Positions 17,792-26,603 of a stretch of 35,416 bases of DNA are shown piece by piece. The notes under the pieces are model-generated. The model made no database searches. It was not told the DNA's origin and saw nothing but the letters and a program-made list of their open reading frames with translations. The translations under genes and the position numbers were made by a program. Positions within the stretch are counted from its first letter, which is position 1; each line of letters opens with the position of its first letter. Source of the DNA: a virus; the IMG/VR virus record IMGVR_UViG_3300045988_114486, positions 1 through 35,416 of that record; one strand, 5' to 3'.

Positions 17792-18980
17792 TATTCTCAC
17801 CACCTTTTTCCAATTTCTTTTGGTCTCCTATCATTCCTTGTGGAATATAGTTTTCAAGTATGATCAATTCATCTAATCCATCCATCGGAGAATATCCTAG
17901 TGAATCTCTGACTTCATTACCTGTCACGATTCCTCGTGTATACAAATCACATCCCACCGTCGAGAGTGTTTGTATGTCATAGGCATAAAGCGACCTATAA
18001 TTGAACCTAAAATACCATTCAGGCTTGATAAGTAAACTTCGTGTAAGTGCCTGTTGGATGCACTCACAAATTCCTTTAATTCTTGTATTGATCCAGTTGT
18101 TCCATTCCTCTTTATTAAATTCTCCGGCACCTAGTACGAATGTCGGAACATCTAAAATGGAAGCTACTGTCTTTTTGTCCATTTCTACCGAATCTTTGAT
18201 GGCCAAATCATTCAATGATAACGGTTTTACCGTAACCACATCAAATCCATCTGCAGGAATTAGCCAAGGCTCTCCTGTCTGATTTGATTTAATATATTTA
18301 TCCAACAGTTTTTGTCTTCCATCTGAGTTAGAAAATTCATCAACCATTCCATCAACTTTAACAATCAATGATGGTTGCCATTTTGATTCCATGAATCCTT
18401 TCTTAGTGACGTTCGCCTGATCTAATGTTTCGGCTACGCTTCGCAAGGATTTACGATAACCTACGCCTTTCCATGGATAGTTTGGATCCGGATTAATTAC
18501 TATATGAATTAAATCTTCCGGAAAATATTCCTTTCCGTTATAAAGAATGGAATATCCAAAATCGCCGTTTGGAACAAATGAAACACTTCCAGGATTCAAC
18601 GGATAAATACCTTCAATTAAACCGGATACTGTTCTTGGATACAAAACACAGTTTCCATCACCTTCCAACAACAACGAACGAACAATAGAAGACATCCATG
18701 TCATTCTTGTCATGTATTTGTTTGGATGAATATCCACTAAATTTGATAGTGCATTACTAATTCTTTGATCGCCATTCTTAGAATTCTCCATTAAATGGAT
18801 TGTCATACTTCCAATTAGATTGGCAATCTTATTAACTGCGCTAATAATTTCAGGATTCTGTGATAATGGTGTATAACCGGCTGACAATACAGATTCCCAA
18901 TTTACTGGCATTACCGCAGCATAATTCGACCTTTTTTGTGGATCCGGTCTAATATTCTTCTTTTTGTTTCTCCTTGACAA
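17784..18980 (-). CDS. portal protein (HK97 family)
   Basis: 398 aa directly after TerL. TTG start preceded by a GGAGG SD. Confidence 0.75.
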   Translation of the reverse strand: MSRRNKKKNIRPDPQKRSNYAAVMPVNWESVLSAGYTPLSQNPEIISAVNKIANLIGSMTIHLMENSKNGDQRISNALSNLVDIHPNKYMTRMTWMSSIVRSLLLEGDGNCVLYPRTVSGLIEGIYPLNPGSVSFVPNGDFGYSILYNGKEYFPEDLIHIVINPDPNYPWKGVGYRKSLRSVAETLDQANVTKKGFMESKWQPSLIVKVDGMVDEFSNSDGRQKLLDKYIKSNQTGEPWLIPADGFDVVTVKPLSLNDLAIKDSVEMDKKTVASILDVPTFVLGAGEFNKEEWNNWINTRIKGICECIQQALTRSLLIKPEWYFRFNYRSLYAYDIQTLSTVGCDLYTRGIVTGNEVRDSLGYSPMDGLDELIILENYIPQGMIGDQKKLEKGGENNG

Positions 18981-18990
18981 AATAAGCCTC

Positions 18991-20730
18991 CTAATCTAAA
19001 AACATCGAAGCAGACGAATTCTTTTCTTCTGCAATCAATAATTGTTTACAAGCGATAACTGAACAATCGAATAAATCTATACGTTGGTTTGGCATTACTT
19101 TTTGGAAACGCACAAAATCATCACTGTCTTCTGTAGCTTTTACATTCCCAACGCAATACTCATACGCAAGATTATGCACGTAATAAAATTCTTGAAGGTT
19201 GAACTTTTTCTCGATTTCTCGAAAAGCTTCCGTTTTTTCAACGTACAATTGTTTCTGATCACGAATTTTAAAACCGGCTTTTTTCATTTTTAAAATGAAT
19301 TCACGCGAATACCTTCTGTCGTATCCGATCCATCGAATTCTAAAACCTCTGTCTCGAACTTTTATGAACCATTGAATTACATCTTCATATTCAATGACAT
19401 TCGAGTTACAACACGTTAGCCATCCTTCTTCTTCCCACCAGAATACCGGGATGTTATCTTCATCCGATTTCTGATATGCCGTACTTCGTGGAATAAACGC
19501 ATGACTGATGCAAATATCCACTCCTTTATATCGGCCATAAATACAAACTCCGGTTAAATCGTGCAGTTTGGATAAATCCGCACCGCCATACCATTTGATA
19601 GGAAGTTTGGCCAATTCATCAATCGTCCAATTATACTTGGCATCGGATGTCTTCACGACATTCATATCAAAATATGTGTCGATTTGATTTGTAAAAACAT
19701 TCAATGATTTCGCGAAGAAATCTTTTCTTTGTTGAGGATCGTTCTGCGCCTGGATCGCATCATTCATTAAGTCTTCGGTACGAACCGATTGACCAATACC
19801 AGGATTGGCCATTGCCTGAACATCTGGATTCATGTAATCCAAAAACTTTGCGCCTTCCTCATTTTCCGTTAGATCGGCTTCACAAATAAAAACGAAGTAT
19901 TGCTCGTCGTCTACTTCTCCATCTAAAATCTTTTTACAATATCGAACTCTTTGTGCTAAAAAACTGTTTAGATCATCTCCAGCAGTTGAAATACCAATAA
20001 TCAATTTATTTGCGTAAGCTTTCATAGCTTCTTTAAACAAATTGTATTGTTTCGGCTTTTTAAACGCGTGAACCTCATCGGCAATCGCAAAGTTACAGTT
20101 AAATGAATCTTGCGCATCTGGATTTGTGGCCAACGCGTTTAATTCAAACATTCCATCAGACATTTCTGCTTTTATAGAATGTTCGTTGTTGTTGTCGATA
20201 ATATGAAACAATCCACCATCCTCATCCGATTCTCCCATGTTTCTTACGTTATATTTAAGAAAATTGAATGTTTCCAATGTCTGCTTTAAGGCTGCAGCCA
20301 CAACATAAATCTTGGATCCGGATTTTCGATAAAGTAATCCAACCGCATACGCTAATGCTGCGGAAAATGATGTTTTAACATTTTTTCGAGGAATAAATAT
20401 CAAAGCCTCATGATATTTCTTTATCTTTGTTCCTTTTCGATAGATTCCAAACAGGTTGTAGATAATAAATTTATGAAAAGGCATCAAAATAAAAGGAGTA
20501 CCTCGTAAAGGTTCTCCTTCCTGCGTTTCGCCTTGCATGTGGCAAATGGTTTTTTGAATAATCGAAATAATGAAGTCTGCATCTTTTGGATTGAATTCAT
20601 ATCTTTCATCTTCTCAATCTCTATAAAATCTATCAATTGCTTTTATACGATAAATATTGGCTTTGATTTTTCCACTCTTACAATCTTCACAATATTTCTG
20701 TACTTCTGAAAAATACTTTCCATTATACAC
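18991..20730 (-). pseudogene. large terminase subunit (Terminase_1 type) interrupted by an in-frame TGA at 20614-20616
   Basis: The track ORF (18991..20538) starts at MQGETQ. The same frame continues upstream as (GTG 20730, AGGTG SD) YNGKYFSEVQKYCEDCKSGKIKANIYRIKAIDRFYRD*EDERYEFNPKDADFIISIIQKTICH, which is the expected TerL N-terminus. Total 580 codons. Confidence 0.8.
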
Positions 20731-21112
20731 TACTTAACACCTGCGCCAATCTACTTTGTTTTGCGGATTCAAGTCCGTTTGATTTAATCGCTTTTAATCC
20801 TTTTGGAGTTAATCCTAAAGTTGTTTCGATTGTAAGAAGATTCTTTTGAAGAGCTTCGATGGCCAAATATTCTGCAGTCTTACGAATATTCTCATTTCCG
20901 GATTTATTTTTAAAAGTCTCTGTCACTTTGCACCCCTCTTCGAACCACTTTTGATACAACAAATCGTACTGAAATCGCATCTCCGCATACCTATGAATTG
21001 TTACATCGAACTCTTTCTTGTAAGTTCCGATTTCTTGCATATATAAAACTGTTTCTTTAAAAATTCGATTCGTTTTTCTGCTGACAGTTGCTCTGTTCAT
21101 TATGGCCATCAC
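20723..21112 (-). CDS. small terminase subunit (P27 family)
   Basis: 129 aa immediately upstream of TerL. ...TLGLTPKGLKAIK... is typical of P27-family TerS. Confidence 0.7.
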   Translation of the reverse strand: MMAIMNRATVSRKTNRIFKETVLYMQEIGTYKKEFDVTIHRYAEMRFQYDLLYQKWFEEGCKVTETFKNKSGNENIRKTAEYLAIEALQKNLLTIETTLGLTPKGLKAIKSNGLESAKQSRLAQVLSSV

Positions 21113-21331
21113 CCCCTTTTTTCAAAAATTGCTCAGAGTTGGAAAGATGGATACTCCCCCAGGGAACCAATTTTCATGTCAAAAAAATTTAGGTGGGGGG
21201 ATCTCTTTCAGAGCAATCTTTTTGAGGCTATCTCATCCAAATCCACACCCAACTCTTTGGCCACATCACGTTTATCATAAGCTCCAATCAAATAGAGCAA
21301 ATAGATTCGTATCAGCCTACATAGTTCATCA
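21113..21331. other. probable cos / terminase recognition region
   Basis: ORF-free gap between HNH and TerS. It carries the only C5-G6 tracts nearby (21112-21116, 21155-21164, 21193-21200), nested in an imperfect palindrome (AAAAATTGCTCAGAG 21125-21137 versus CAGAGCAATCTTTTT 21208-21222). Confidence 0.4.
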
Positions 21332-21640
21332 TTAGATTGCATAATCTTTTTTCTTCTTTCTCCAATCAACTCCTGGAATCGTATGTCTTTTCAATTCTTC
21401 ACCAAGCTCAGTCAATGCACCAGTACTTCTGTTCTCCAACTTATTGTGCTCGCCTACGCTTACACTAATTAGATTCCAGTCGCAGAACCGATATTCCGGA
21501 TATTCATCTGCTGGATAGATATGATGCACAACTTCTGCTTCTACTCTTCTGCCATATCGCTTTGAGATCTGACAAAGATATCCATCTTTTCTAAGAATTG
21601 ATTCTCTTTTCTTTTTCCATCTCTTAGTCTTATAATCCAT
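21332..21640 (-). CDS. HNH endonuclease (packaging-associated)
   Basis: Start moved to ATG 21640 (GAGG SD). CQ...VHHI...N...H pattern. Adjacent to cos and the terminase. Confidence 0.8.
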   Translation of the reverse strand: MDYKTKRWKKKRESILRKDGYLCQISKRYGRRVEAEVVHHIYPADEYPEYRFCDWNLISVSVGEHNKLENRSTGALTELGEELKRHTIPGVDWRKKKKDYAI

Positions 21641-21688
21641 GCTTTTTACCTCGTGAAGACAGTCTAGCAAGGAAACTGTCTACACCAA

Positions 21689-21715
21689 ATAAAAAAAGCA
21701 CATGTGCGTGCTTTC
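21689..21715 (-). terminator. intrinsic terminator after the late-regulator gene
   Basis: On the minus strand, an AGCAC-N6-GUGCU(UU) stem is followed by a T7 run. Confidence 0.6.
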
Positions 21716-21801
21716 ATGTGTAAAAGATTCAACACTTGGCTTTGTCGAATTTTTTACGGTACTAATATATCACGGAAAACCGGTAGACAATGTAGACTCT
21801 T

Positions 21802-22236
21802 TTAAATAATGCTCTTGATAACTGCGTGAATGTGCTTCATCAAACCGCTGCGACTGAATCCATATTTGTCTGCCACATCATATTGTGACATACGGAAAAA
21901 ATATAAATCATACATGATATTCATATCTGTGCAGCCAAGTAGTTCAAACGCTTTGCATTCGTTGATTCTCTTTTGATAATAAGCAATTTCACGCTCACGC
22001 TCTTCAATCGTTTCCAATAATGCAAGCTTAGATGTAAATGCTCTTTGGTATGTCGGCATTGGATAGTTAGACTTCATTTGTTCTTTCGATAATTCTTCAT
22101 GATCATGACTCAATCCTAACTTCTTATGATTTAACACTTCCAATTCCTGATTTAATTCTATGATTCTATGACAACAGTAATCTAGAGCTTTGAAATCTCC
22201 AATGAACTGTGCCACTGTTTTTGAAACCTCAATCAT
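21802..22236 (-). CDS. putative late-gene transcriptional activator (C-terminal sigma-70 region-4 / ArpU-RinA-like HTH)
   Basis: C-terminal MSQYDVADKYGFSRSGLMKHIHAVIKS looks like an HTH. It is the last gene before the packaging module. Start set at ATG 22236. Confidence 0.45.
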   Translation of the reverse strand: MIEVSKTVAQFIGDFKALDYCCHRIIELNQELEVLNHKKLGLSHDHEELSKEQMKSNYPMPTYQRAFTSKLALLETIEEREREIAYYQKRINECKAFELLGCTDMNIMYDLYFFRMSQYDVADKYGFSRSGLMKHIHAVIKSII

Positions 22237-22507
22237 GCGAAACCTTTTCAATATCCGAACAACGTGCCCATGGTGTTCCAGACGAATATTTACTTTCTAC
22301 ACGCTTTCTTAAATTTAGAACCGTCTGATTTAAACCACAGTTTTCTCTTTCCAACTTTGAATATTCTTGTCTGATATATTCAAGCTGTTTTAATCCTGCT
22401 TCACGCATTCCACCATTTTCAACATCATACGTCATGATCTTAATTAATTCAGCTAAACAATCAAATGCATCCTCTGCAGTGTGATTATGCAATACAACTT
22501 TTTCCAT
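22229..22507 (-). CDS. hypothetical early protein
   Basis: Start moved to ATG 22507 (AGGGGA SD). No family recognised. Confidence 0.5.
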   Translation of the reverse strand: MEKVVLHNHTAEDAFDCLAELIKIMTYDVENGGMREAGLKQLEYIRQEYSKLERENCGLNQTVLNLRKRVESKYSSGTPWARCSDIEKVSHD

Positions 22508-22668
22508 TCTTTTCCCCTTAATACAACGAAAACAAAAAAACAAACAAATTTAACGATATTTGAGATAATCCATACAGTTCCGCCTACAATGGCCGTAAAC
22601 ATCCATATGTATAAAATCCCAAACAGAATAATAAATACTAATCTCCAATTAATCTTCATATGCTGCAC
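22453..22668 (-). CDS. small two-TM membrane protein (uncertain)
   Basis: Hydrophobic product INWRLVFIILFGILYIWMFTAIVGGTVWIISNIVKFVCFFVFVVL. It overlaps both neighbours and has a weak SD. Confidence 0.35.
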   Translation of the reverse strand: MQHMKINWRLVFIILFGILYIWMFTAIVGGTVWIISNIVKFVCFFVFVVLRGKEWKKLYCIITLQRMHLIV

Positions 22669-22894
22669 TCATCGCTTTTTTAAGCTCCATGTATTTACAC
22701 ATATACCAATCAGATTTTTCCATATCTTCTTTACCGCCTTTAAGAAGCGCTCTGTATCTGTACTTCCAAACATTGCACAAACAAAAATTTGCGACTACTG
22801 ACATTCCAAATACTGCAATCATTTCATCGATGCATTCATATGATCCACTCTCATAATGTTCTGGATGATTGACTGCGTCTTTTTCTTTTACCAT
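22649..22894 (-). CDS. DUF3310-family phage protein
   Basis: VNHPEHY...ECID...NVWKYRYRA...KGG.EDMEKSDWY matches the DUF3310 signature. Strong GGAGG SD. Confidence 0.7.
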   Translation of the reverse strand: MVKEKDAVNHPEHYESGSYECIDEMIAVFGMSVVANFCLCNVWKYRYRALLKGGKEDMEKSDWYMCKYMELKKAMSAAYED

Positions 22895-23277
22895 TGTGGA
22901 TATCCTCCTTCACTGTATGACATTTCTCTTTCCTGGTTAACATCATTATTTTGCGCTTCTTCTTTCTTATCTAAGAACTGCAAACTTTCAACCATCACAT
23001 CGCATGTATAAATTGTTTCACCATTATTATTTGTGAATTTTCCTGTCTGCAATCTTCCATCAATTCCAATCAAAGAGCCTTTCTTCAAATACTGGTACAT
23101 TAAATCTGCTGTTTTGTTCCAGGCAACACAACTAATAAAATCTGCATCCGGTTGTCCTTGTGCTTTCACTTTTCTACTAACGGCCAAAGTAAACTTACAG
23201 ATGCTTGCTCCATTTGGCGTTTTTCTAATCTCAGGATTCTTGGTCAATCTTCCTACTAAAATAACTCTGTTTATCAC
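22888..23277 (-). CDS. ssb: single-stranded DNA-binding protein
   Basis: A GTG start at 23277 after AAAGGAGGAG gives MINRVILVGRLTKNPEIRKTPNG..., a canonical SSB OB-fold N-terminus. Confidence 0.85.
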   Translation of the reverse strand: MINRVILVGRLTKNPEIRKTPNGASICKFTLAVSRKVKAQGQPDADFISCVAWNKTADLMYQYLKKGSLIGIDGRLQTGKFTNNNGETIYTCDVMVESLQFLDKKEEAQNNDVNQEREMSYSEGGYPQW

Positions 23278-23336
23278 TCTTTCTCCTCCTTTTTTCTTTG
23301 TCAAATAACCTTAAATTATTTTCCAAAATCAATTCT

Positions 23337-23378
23337 GTGCTAAGAGCCCTAGAATAAAGGCTCTCTGCACGTTTTTTT
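23337..23378 (+). terminator. terminator-like hairpin whose U-tract is on the plus strand (against the operon direction)
   Basis: GTGC..AGAGCC-N10-GGCTCT..GCAC stem followed by GTTTTTTT on plus. There is no T-run on the minus side. Confidence 0.4.
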
Positions 23379-23407
23379 GAACTAAAAACTTTTTGCGTTT
23401 TTCAAGC

Positions 23408-23770
23408 TTATATTGCCCCTGGATATAATGCATTTTTCATCTGCAAACCTAGTGAAGAAAATGCTGCTTCATCATCTGTAATCTTTTGATTTAATTCACA
23501 CATTGATTCTTTAAGTGATATTGATGACCCAGGTTCTAGAGCACCAAGTGCTACAAATTTTATCTGATCCTCATCTAAACAAAATATAGCTCCGTCATCG
23601 AACTGGACATCATAAAGTGTAGGCTTCACGTAATTACCCTTGCTGATGATGCACGTATGAATCACTTTACCAATCTGACCAACATATTCTTTTTTAAGTT
23701 TTCCTGTACTGCTTACCAATTTATGCTCATATCCATCGGTTAAGCTTAATAGTTTTACTTTGGTTTCCAT
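23408..23770 (-). CDS. hypothetical early protein
   Basis: Intact ORF in an operon context. Confidence 0.55.
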   Translation of the reverse strand: METKVKLLSLTDGYEHKLVSSTGKLKKEYVGQIGKVIHTCIISKGNYVKPTLYDVQFDDGAIFCLDEDQIKFVALGALEPGSSISLKESMCELNQKITDDEAAFSSLGLQMKNALYPGAI

Positions 23771-24129
23771 TCATTGACACCAGCAATCGTTCCATTTAGC
23801 ATTCCAATAGCTCTATTTTGACAAATACATTCATTGACTATTTTCTTATAGGCATCAAAATACCATTCGTCTTTGCCTCCGTTGTATGTCAGTTCATAAT
23901 ACATACCATCAGGAAGATTGGTACTAATAAGATACTTCCAGTTCTGCAATGCTTTGCATTTCCAAACAACATAAACTTCTAATTCAGATACATACTTTTC
24001 ATAGTCTTTATCAGACTTGTCTAAGCTGTTAATCGCATATTGTTTAGCAATACTGATTGCGATCATATCCTCCTGACTTGTCACTAAATTTCCTTGAAAT
24101 AATTCATCTAAAACTACATTACTAATCAT
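23755..24129 (-). CDS. hypothetical early protein (DUF6275-like)
   Basis: YVVWKCKALQNWKYLISTNLPDGMYYELTYNGGKDEWYFDAYKK resembles a conserved Firmicute phage family (from memory). Confidence 0.45.
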   Translation of the reverse strand: MISNVVLDELFQGNLVTSQEDMIAISIAKQYAINSLDKSDKDYEKYVSELEVYVVWKCKALQNWKYLISTNLPDGMYYELTYNGGKDEWYFDAYKKIVNECICQNRAIGMLNGTIAGVNEWKPK

Positions 24130-24553
24130 TTTTATTTTCCTCTACAATCTTTCTGCCACAATTTGGACAATACTTTGGTTTGTATTGATGACCATATCTA
24201 TCTCCATAATCTTCATCAATTTCAAATTGTCGATACTCACCTAATTCAATCCCACAATTAGAACATTTAAATACATCCATTGAATTATATTCTGATAAAT
24301 TAGTACAAGTTTCTTCTTCGTCTAGCCACCCCAATTCCTTCATTTGTTGTTGAATTGCTTGGAATTCATCTATGGTAATGTCATTTGTATTACAGTTGTG
24401 CTGAGCGTAGAATGTGTGTGATAATAACCCAAAGCAAATGCTAATATGATCATCATCTATATCACAATTTGCTATATAACGAATTGAGTATTCGCCTTCA
24501 TAATATTCATATCCTAGTGCTTCAAACATTTCTTTAGCTTTCATTTTTTTCAC
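24122..24553 (-). CDS. hypothetical protein with C-terminal zinc ribbon
   Basis: CSNCG...18 aa...CPNCG motif. Confidence 0.55.
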   Translation of the reverse strand: MKKMKAKEMFEALGYEYYEGEYSIRYIANCDIDDDHISICFGLLSHTFYAQHNCNTNDITIDEFQAIQQQMKELGWLDEEETCTNLSEYNSMDVFKCSNCGIELGEYRQFEIDEDYGDRYGHQYKPKYCPNCGRKIVEENKND

Positions 24554-24875
24554 CTTTAATTTCTTCTATTTCTTCCTCTAGAATTCGAGCCTCATTTAGG
24601 TGCTCATTCAATTTATACTCAAGATATTCAATAATTGCTTTTTCGATTTTTGACTTCGCTTCATCAATTGATTTAGCTTTTAGTGGCATCAAAGAACCAG
24701 GCCTCAATACAACATAGCAGCTATAAGTATATCGTTCTTTAACACGCCCTTTCTCCACGTTTAGTACTGCGATTGGTCTTCTTTCTTCCGGCTTCCATGT
24801 TCCAGGGAATGCATAACAATATAGACTATAACTATTGTATTTCTCGTTATACTCCCAACGTTTAGGCATTTTCAT
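24534..24875 (-). CDS. hypothetical early protein
   Basis: Intact ORF, translationally coupled to its neighbours. Confidence 0.5.
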   Translation of the reverse strand: MKMPKRWEYNEKYNSYSLYCYAFPGTWKPEERRPIAVLNVEKGRVKERYTYSCYVVLRPGSLMPLKAKSIDEAKSKIEKAIIEYLEYKLNEHLNEARILEEEIEEIKGEKNES

Positions 24876-25321
24876 TCTCCTAACTTACTGATTGCTAAAT
24901 ATTCAACGTCTTGTTGGCCTTCCCACCAATCATTCAACCAACAAACTATTCCATCACATTCGCATCCCCATGATGCAGCTTCTATGGAATATTGCCATTC
25001 TTGTTTGAATACATCAGTGTTATATCTATATCTTAGATAAACAAGGAAATTTGAATCATTGCTTTTCCACATGTAGTCATTCAATTCATCCTCTGTTATC
25101 CCTTTTTTTAACGGAACAAATCTAATTGCAGGAGCTTTGACTTCATCCAGTTTTTCTTCTTCTGTGAATCTATCTACAAGTTCTTTCAATGTATCCAATT
25201 GCTTTCTGTAATTATCATTCGCAATTAATGCTTCTCTTTGCTTGTGCTCATCTCCTAGATAAATAAAATCAAACAAATAAAACGAATTCAAATTATGCAA
25301 TGCATATTGATATTTATTCAT
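24872..25321 (-). CDS. hypothetical early protein
   Basis: Intact ORF with ATGA-type coupling. Confidence 0.5.
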   Translation of the reverse strand: MNKYQYALHNLNSFYLFDFIYLGDEHKQREALIANDNYRKQLDTLKELVDRFTEEEKLDEVKAPAIRFVPLKKGITEDELNDYMWKSNDSNFLVYLRYRYNTDVFKQEWQYSIEAASWGCECDGIVCWLNDWWEGQQDVEYLAISKLGE

Positions 25322-25521
25322 GATTCACACCTAAAGATTCTCTCAAGAAACATAAATACTTCTCCGATCAGCTCAACAATAAAGAAAATTGGCCACAAAA
25401 CAAAAACCAATACCGCAAATTTTTCAACATCAATAAAAGGTTTACCAATGAAAAATATTGAGAAAACTAACACACCCAAAATAAAATATAAAAGCATTAA
25501 ATCAATTATTAATTCCGACAT
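25318..25521 (-). CDS. small two-TM membrane protein
   Basis: LIIDLMLLYFILGVLVFSIFFIG and FAVLVFVLWPIFFIVELIG hydrophobic segments. GGAGGG SD. Confidence 0.5.
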   Translation of the reverse strand: MSELIIDLMLLYFILGVLVFSIFFIGKPFIDVEKFAVLVFVLWPIFFIVELIGEVFMFLERIFRCES

Positions 25522-25532
25522 TTATTTCCCTC

Positions 25533-26393
25533 CTATTTATATTTCATGCTTTCCAACATGTTCTTCTTAGCTTTGTTTGTCGTTCTAGTATACAAAGATG
25601 TTGTCTGTATAGAATTGTGGCCAAGAATATCCATAAGATCCGTTACCTGTCCACCAGCATCCAAATAGTTAATCGCAAACATATGTCTGAACGCATGAGG
25701 ATGTATCTTATCCAAGCTTATGCCCCTACACTTTCCTGCAATCTTCTTCAACTGGTAGTAAATCTGCTTATAGGTTAAAAAAAAGATTTTTCCTGACTTT
25801 ATCTTTTCCGTTCTGCAATACTTCAATATTTCGCGTTTTAAATCATTTCTCAGAATCACATCACGAATCTTACCTTTGTTTTTGACTGTAATATAATTTG
25901 CCTTTACATTCTCAACCGTGAAATAACTTAACTCGCTCACACGTATGCCTGTGTAAGCGAATATCTTCATGATCAGGTAAATATCCATTCGATGACATTG
26001 TTTGGCCATTCTACACATTCGCTTAAAATCTGATGGTTCAATCACATCATCCAATGATGCAGCTTGTTGAATCTTGATATTTTTTAATGTCATTTTAGAA
26101 TGATGAGTACGCAACAATTCGTCTGGATCCAAATCCTTTTCGACCAATTCGCAATACTTTATAAACCTATTTGCGATAGTGATATAGTTCTTTACCGTGG
26201 CCGGAGCATACTCTTCTTCTAATTTTCTTTTGAAGCCGATAACATCCAATTTACAAATATCATCGACCTCAAAAGAATTCACAAACAGTTCAACTACCTG
26301 TCGATAATGAACCAAAGAATTTTTAGATTTTTCATTTTCTGTTTCAAATGCAATAAAGTCATCAACTTTGCTAACTAGAAACTCTTTATTCAT
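25533..26393 (-). CDS. tyrosine recombinase (XerC/D-like, no arm-binding domain) inside the early region
   Basis: TGIRVSEL (Arg), HPHAFRHMF (H-x-x-R-H) and SLYTRT (Tyr) catalytic motifs. 286 aa. Confidence 0.85.
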   Translation of the reverse strand: MNKEFLVSKVDDFIAFETENEKSKNSLVHYRQVVELFVNSFEVDDICKLDVIGFKRKLEEEYAPATVKNYITIANRFIKYCELVEKDLDPDELLRTHHSKMTLKNIKIQQAASLDDVIEPSDFKRMCRMAKQCHRMDIYLIMKIFAYTGIRVSELSYFTVENVKANYITVKNKGKIRDVILRNDLKREILKYCRTEKIKSGKIFFLTYKQIYYQLKKIAGKCRGISLDKIHPHAFRHMFAINYLDAGGQVTDLMDILGHNSIQTTSLYTRTTNKAKKNMLESMKYK

Positions 26394-26396
26394 TAC

Positions 26397-26603
26397 TTAG
26401 CCTTGCAAAAATATCCGAGTAGTTCTTGAAGACTCATCGTCTACAATCTCAACAATTTGTCTTTTGCCAAAGTAATTCTTGGCTTTGCTTAAACATGGAA
26501 ATCTATGAATTCCATTCACTGAAAACATAATTTCCTGATAATCTTTCACAACACTGATTTCCACGGGTCTAAATGTTGTATTCTTTAAATCTCTTAAAAT
26601 CAC
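26397..26603 (-). CDS. hypothetical 68-aa protein
   Basis: Coupled (ATGA) to the PcfJ-like gene. Confidence 0.5.
   Translation of the reverse strand: MILRDLKNTTFRPVEISVVKDYQEIMFSVNGIHRFPCLSKAKNYFGKRQIVEIVDDESSRTTRIFLQG

Noticed and set aside
20614-20616. TGA in terL read as Trp/Gly (genetic code 4/25), selenocysteine, or programmed readthrough
   Set aside because: TGA is used as a genuine stop with ATGA start-stop coupling elsewhere (e.g. 6872-6875 and 14643-14646). Trp is encoded by TGG throughout. No other gene is interrupted by TGA. No SECIS-like context was noticed. A nonsense mutation or a sequencing error is the simpler explanation.
21102-21335. 77-aa plus-strand ORF across the HNH-TerS gap
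   Set aside because: It lies in the probable cos region, lacks an SD and has an odd Pro/His/Gly-rich product. The G/C tracts are better explained as a DNA-level site.
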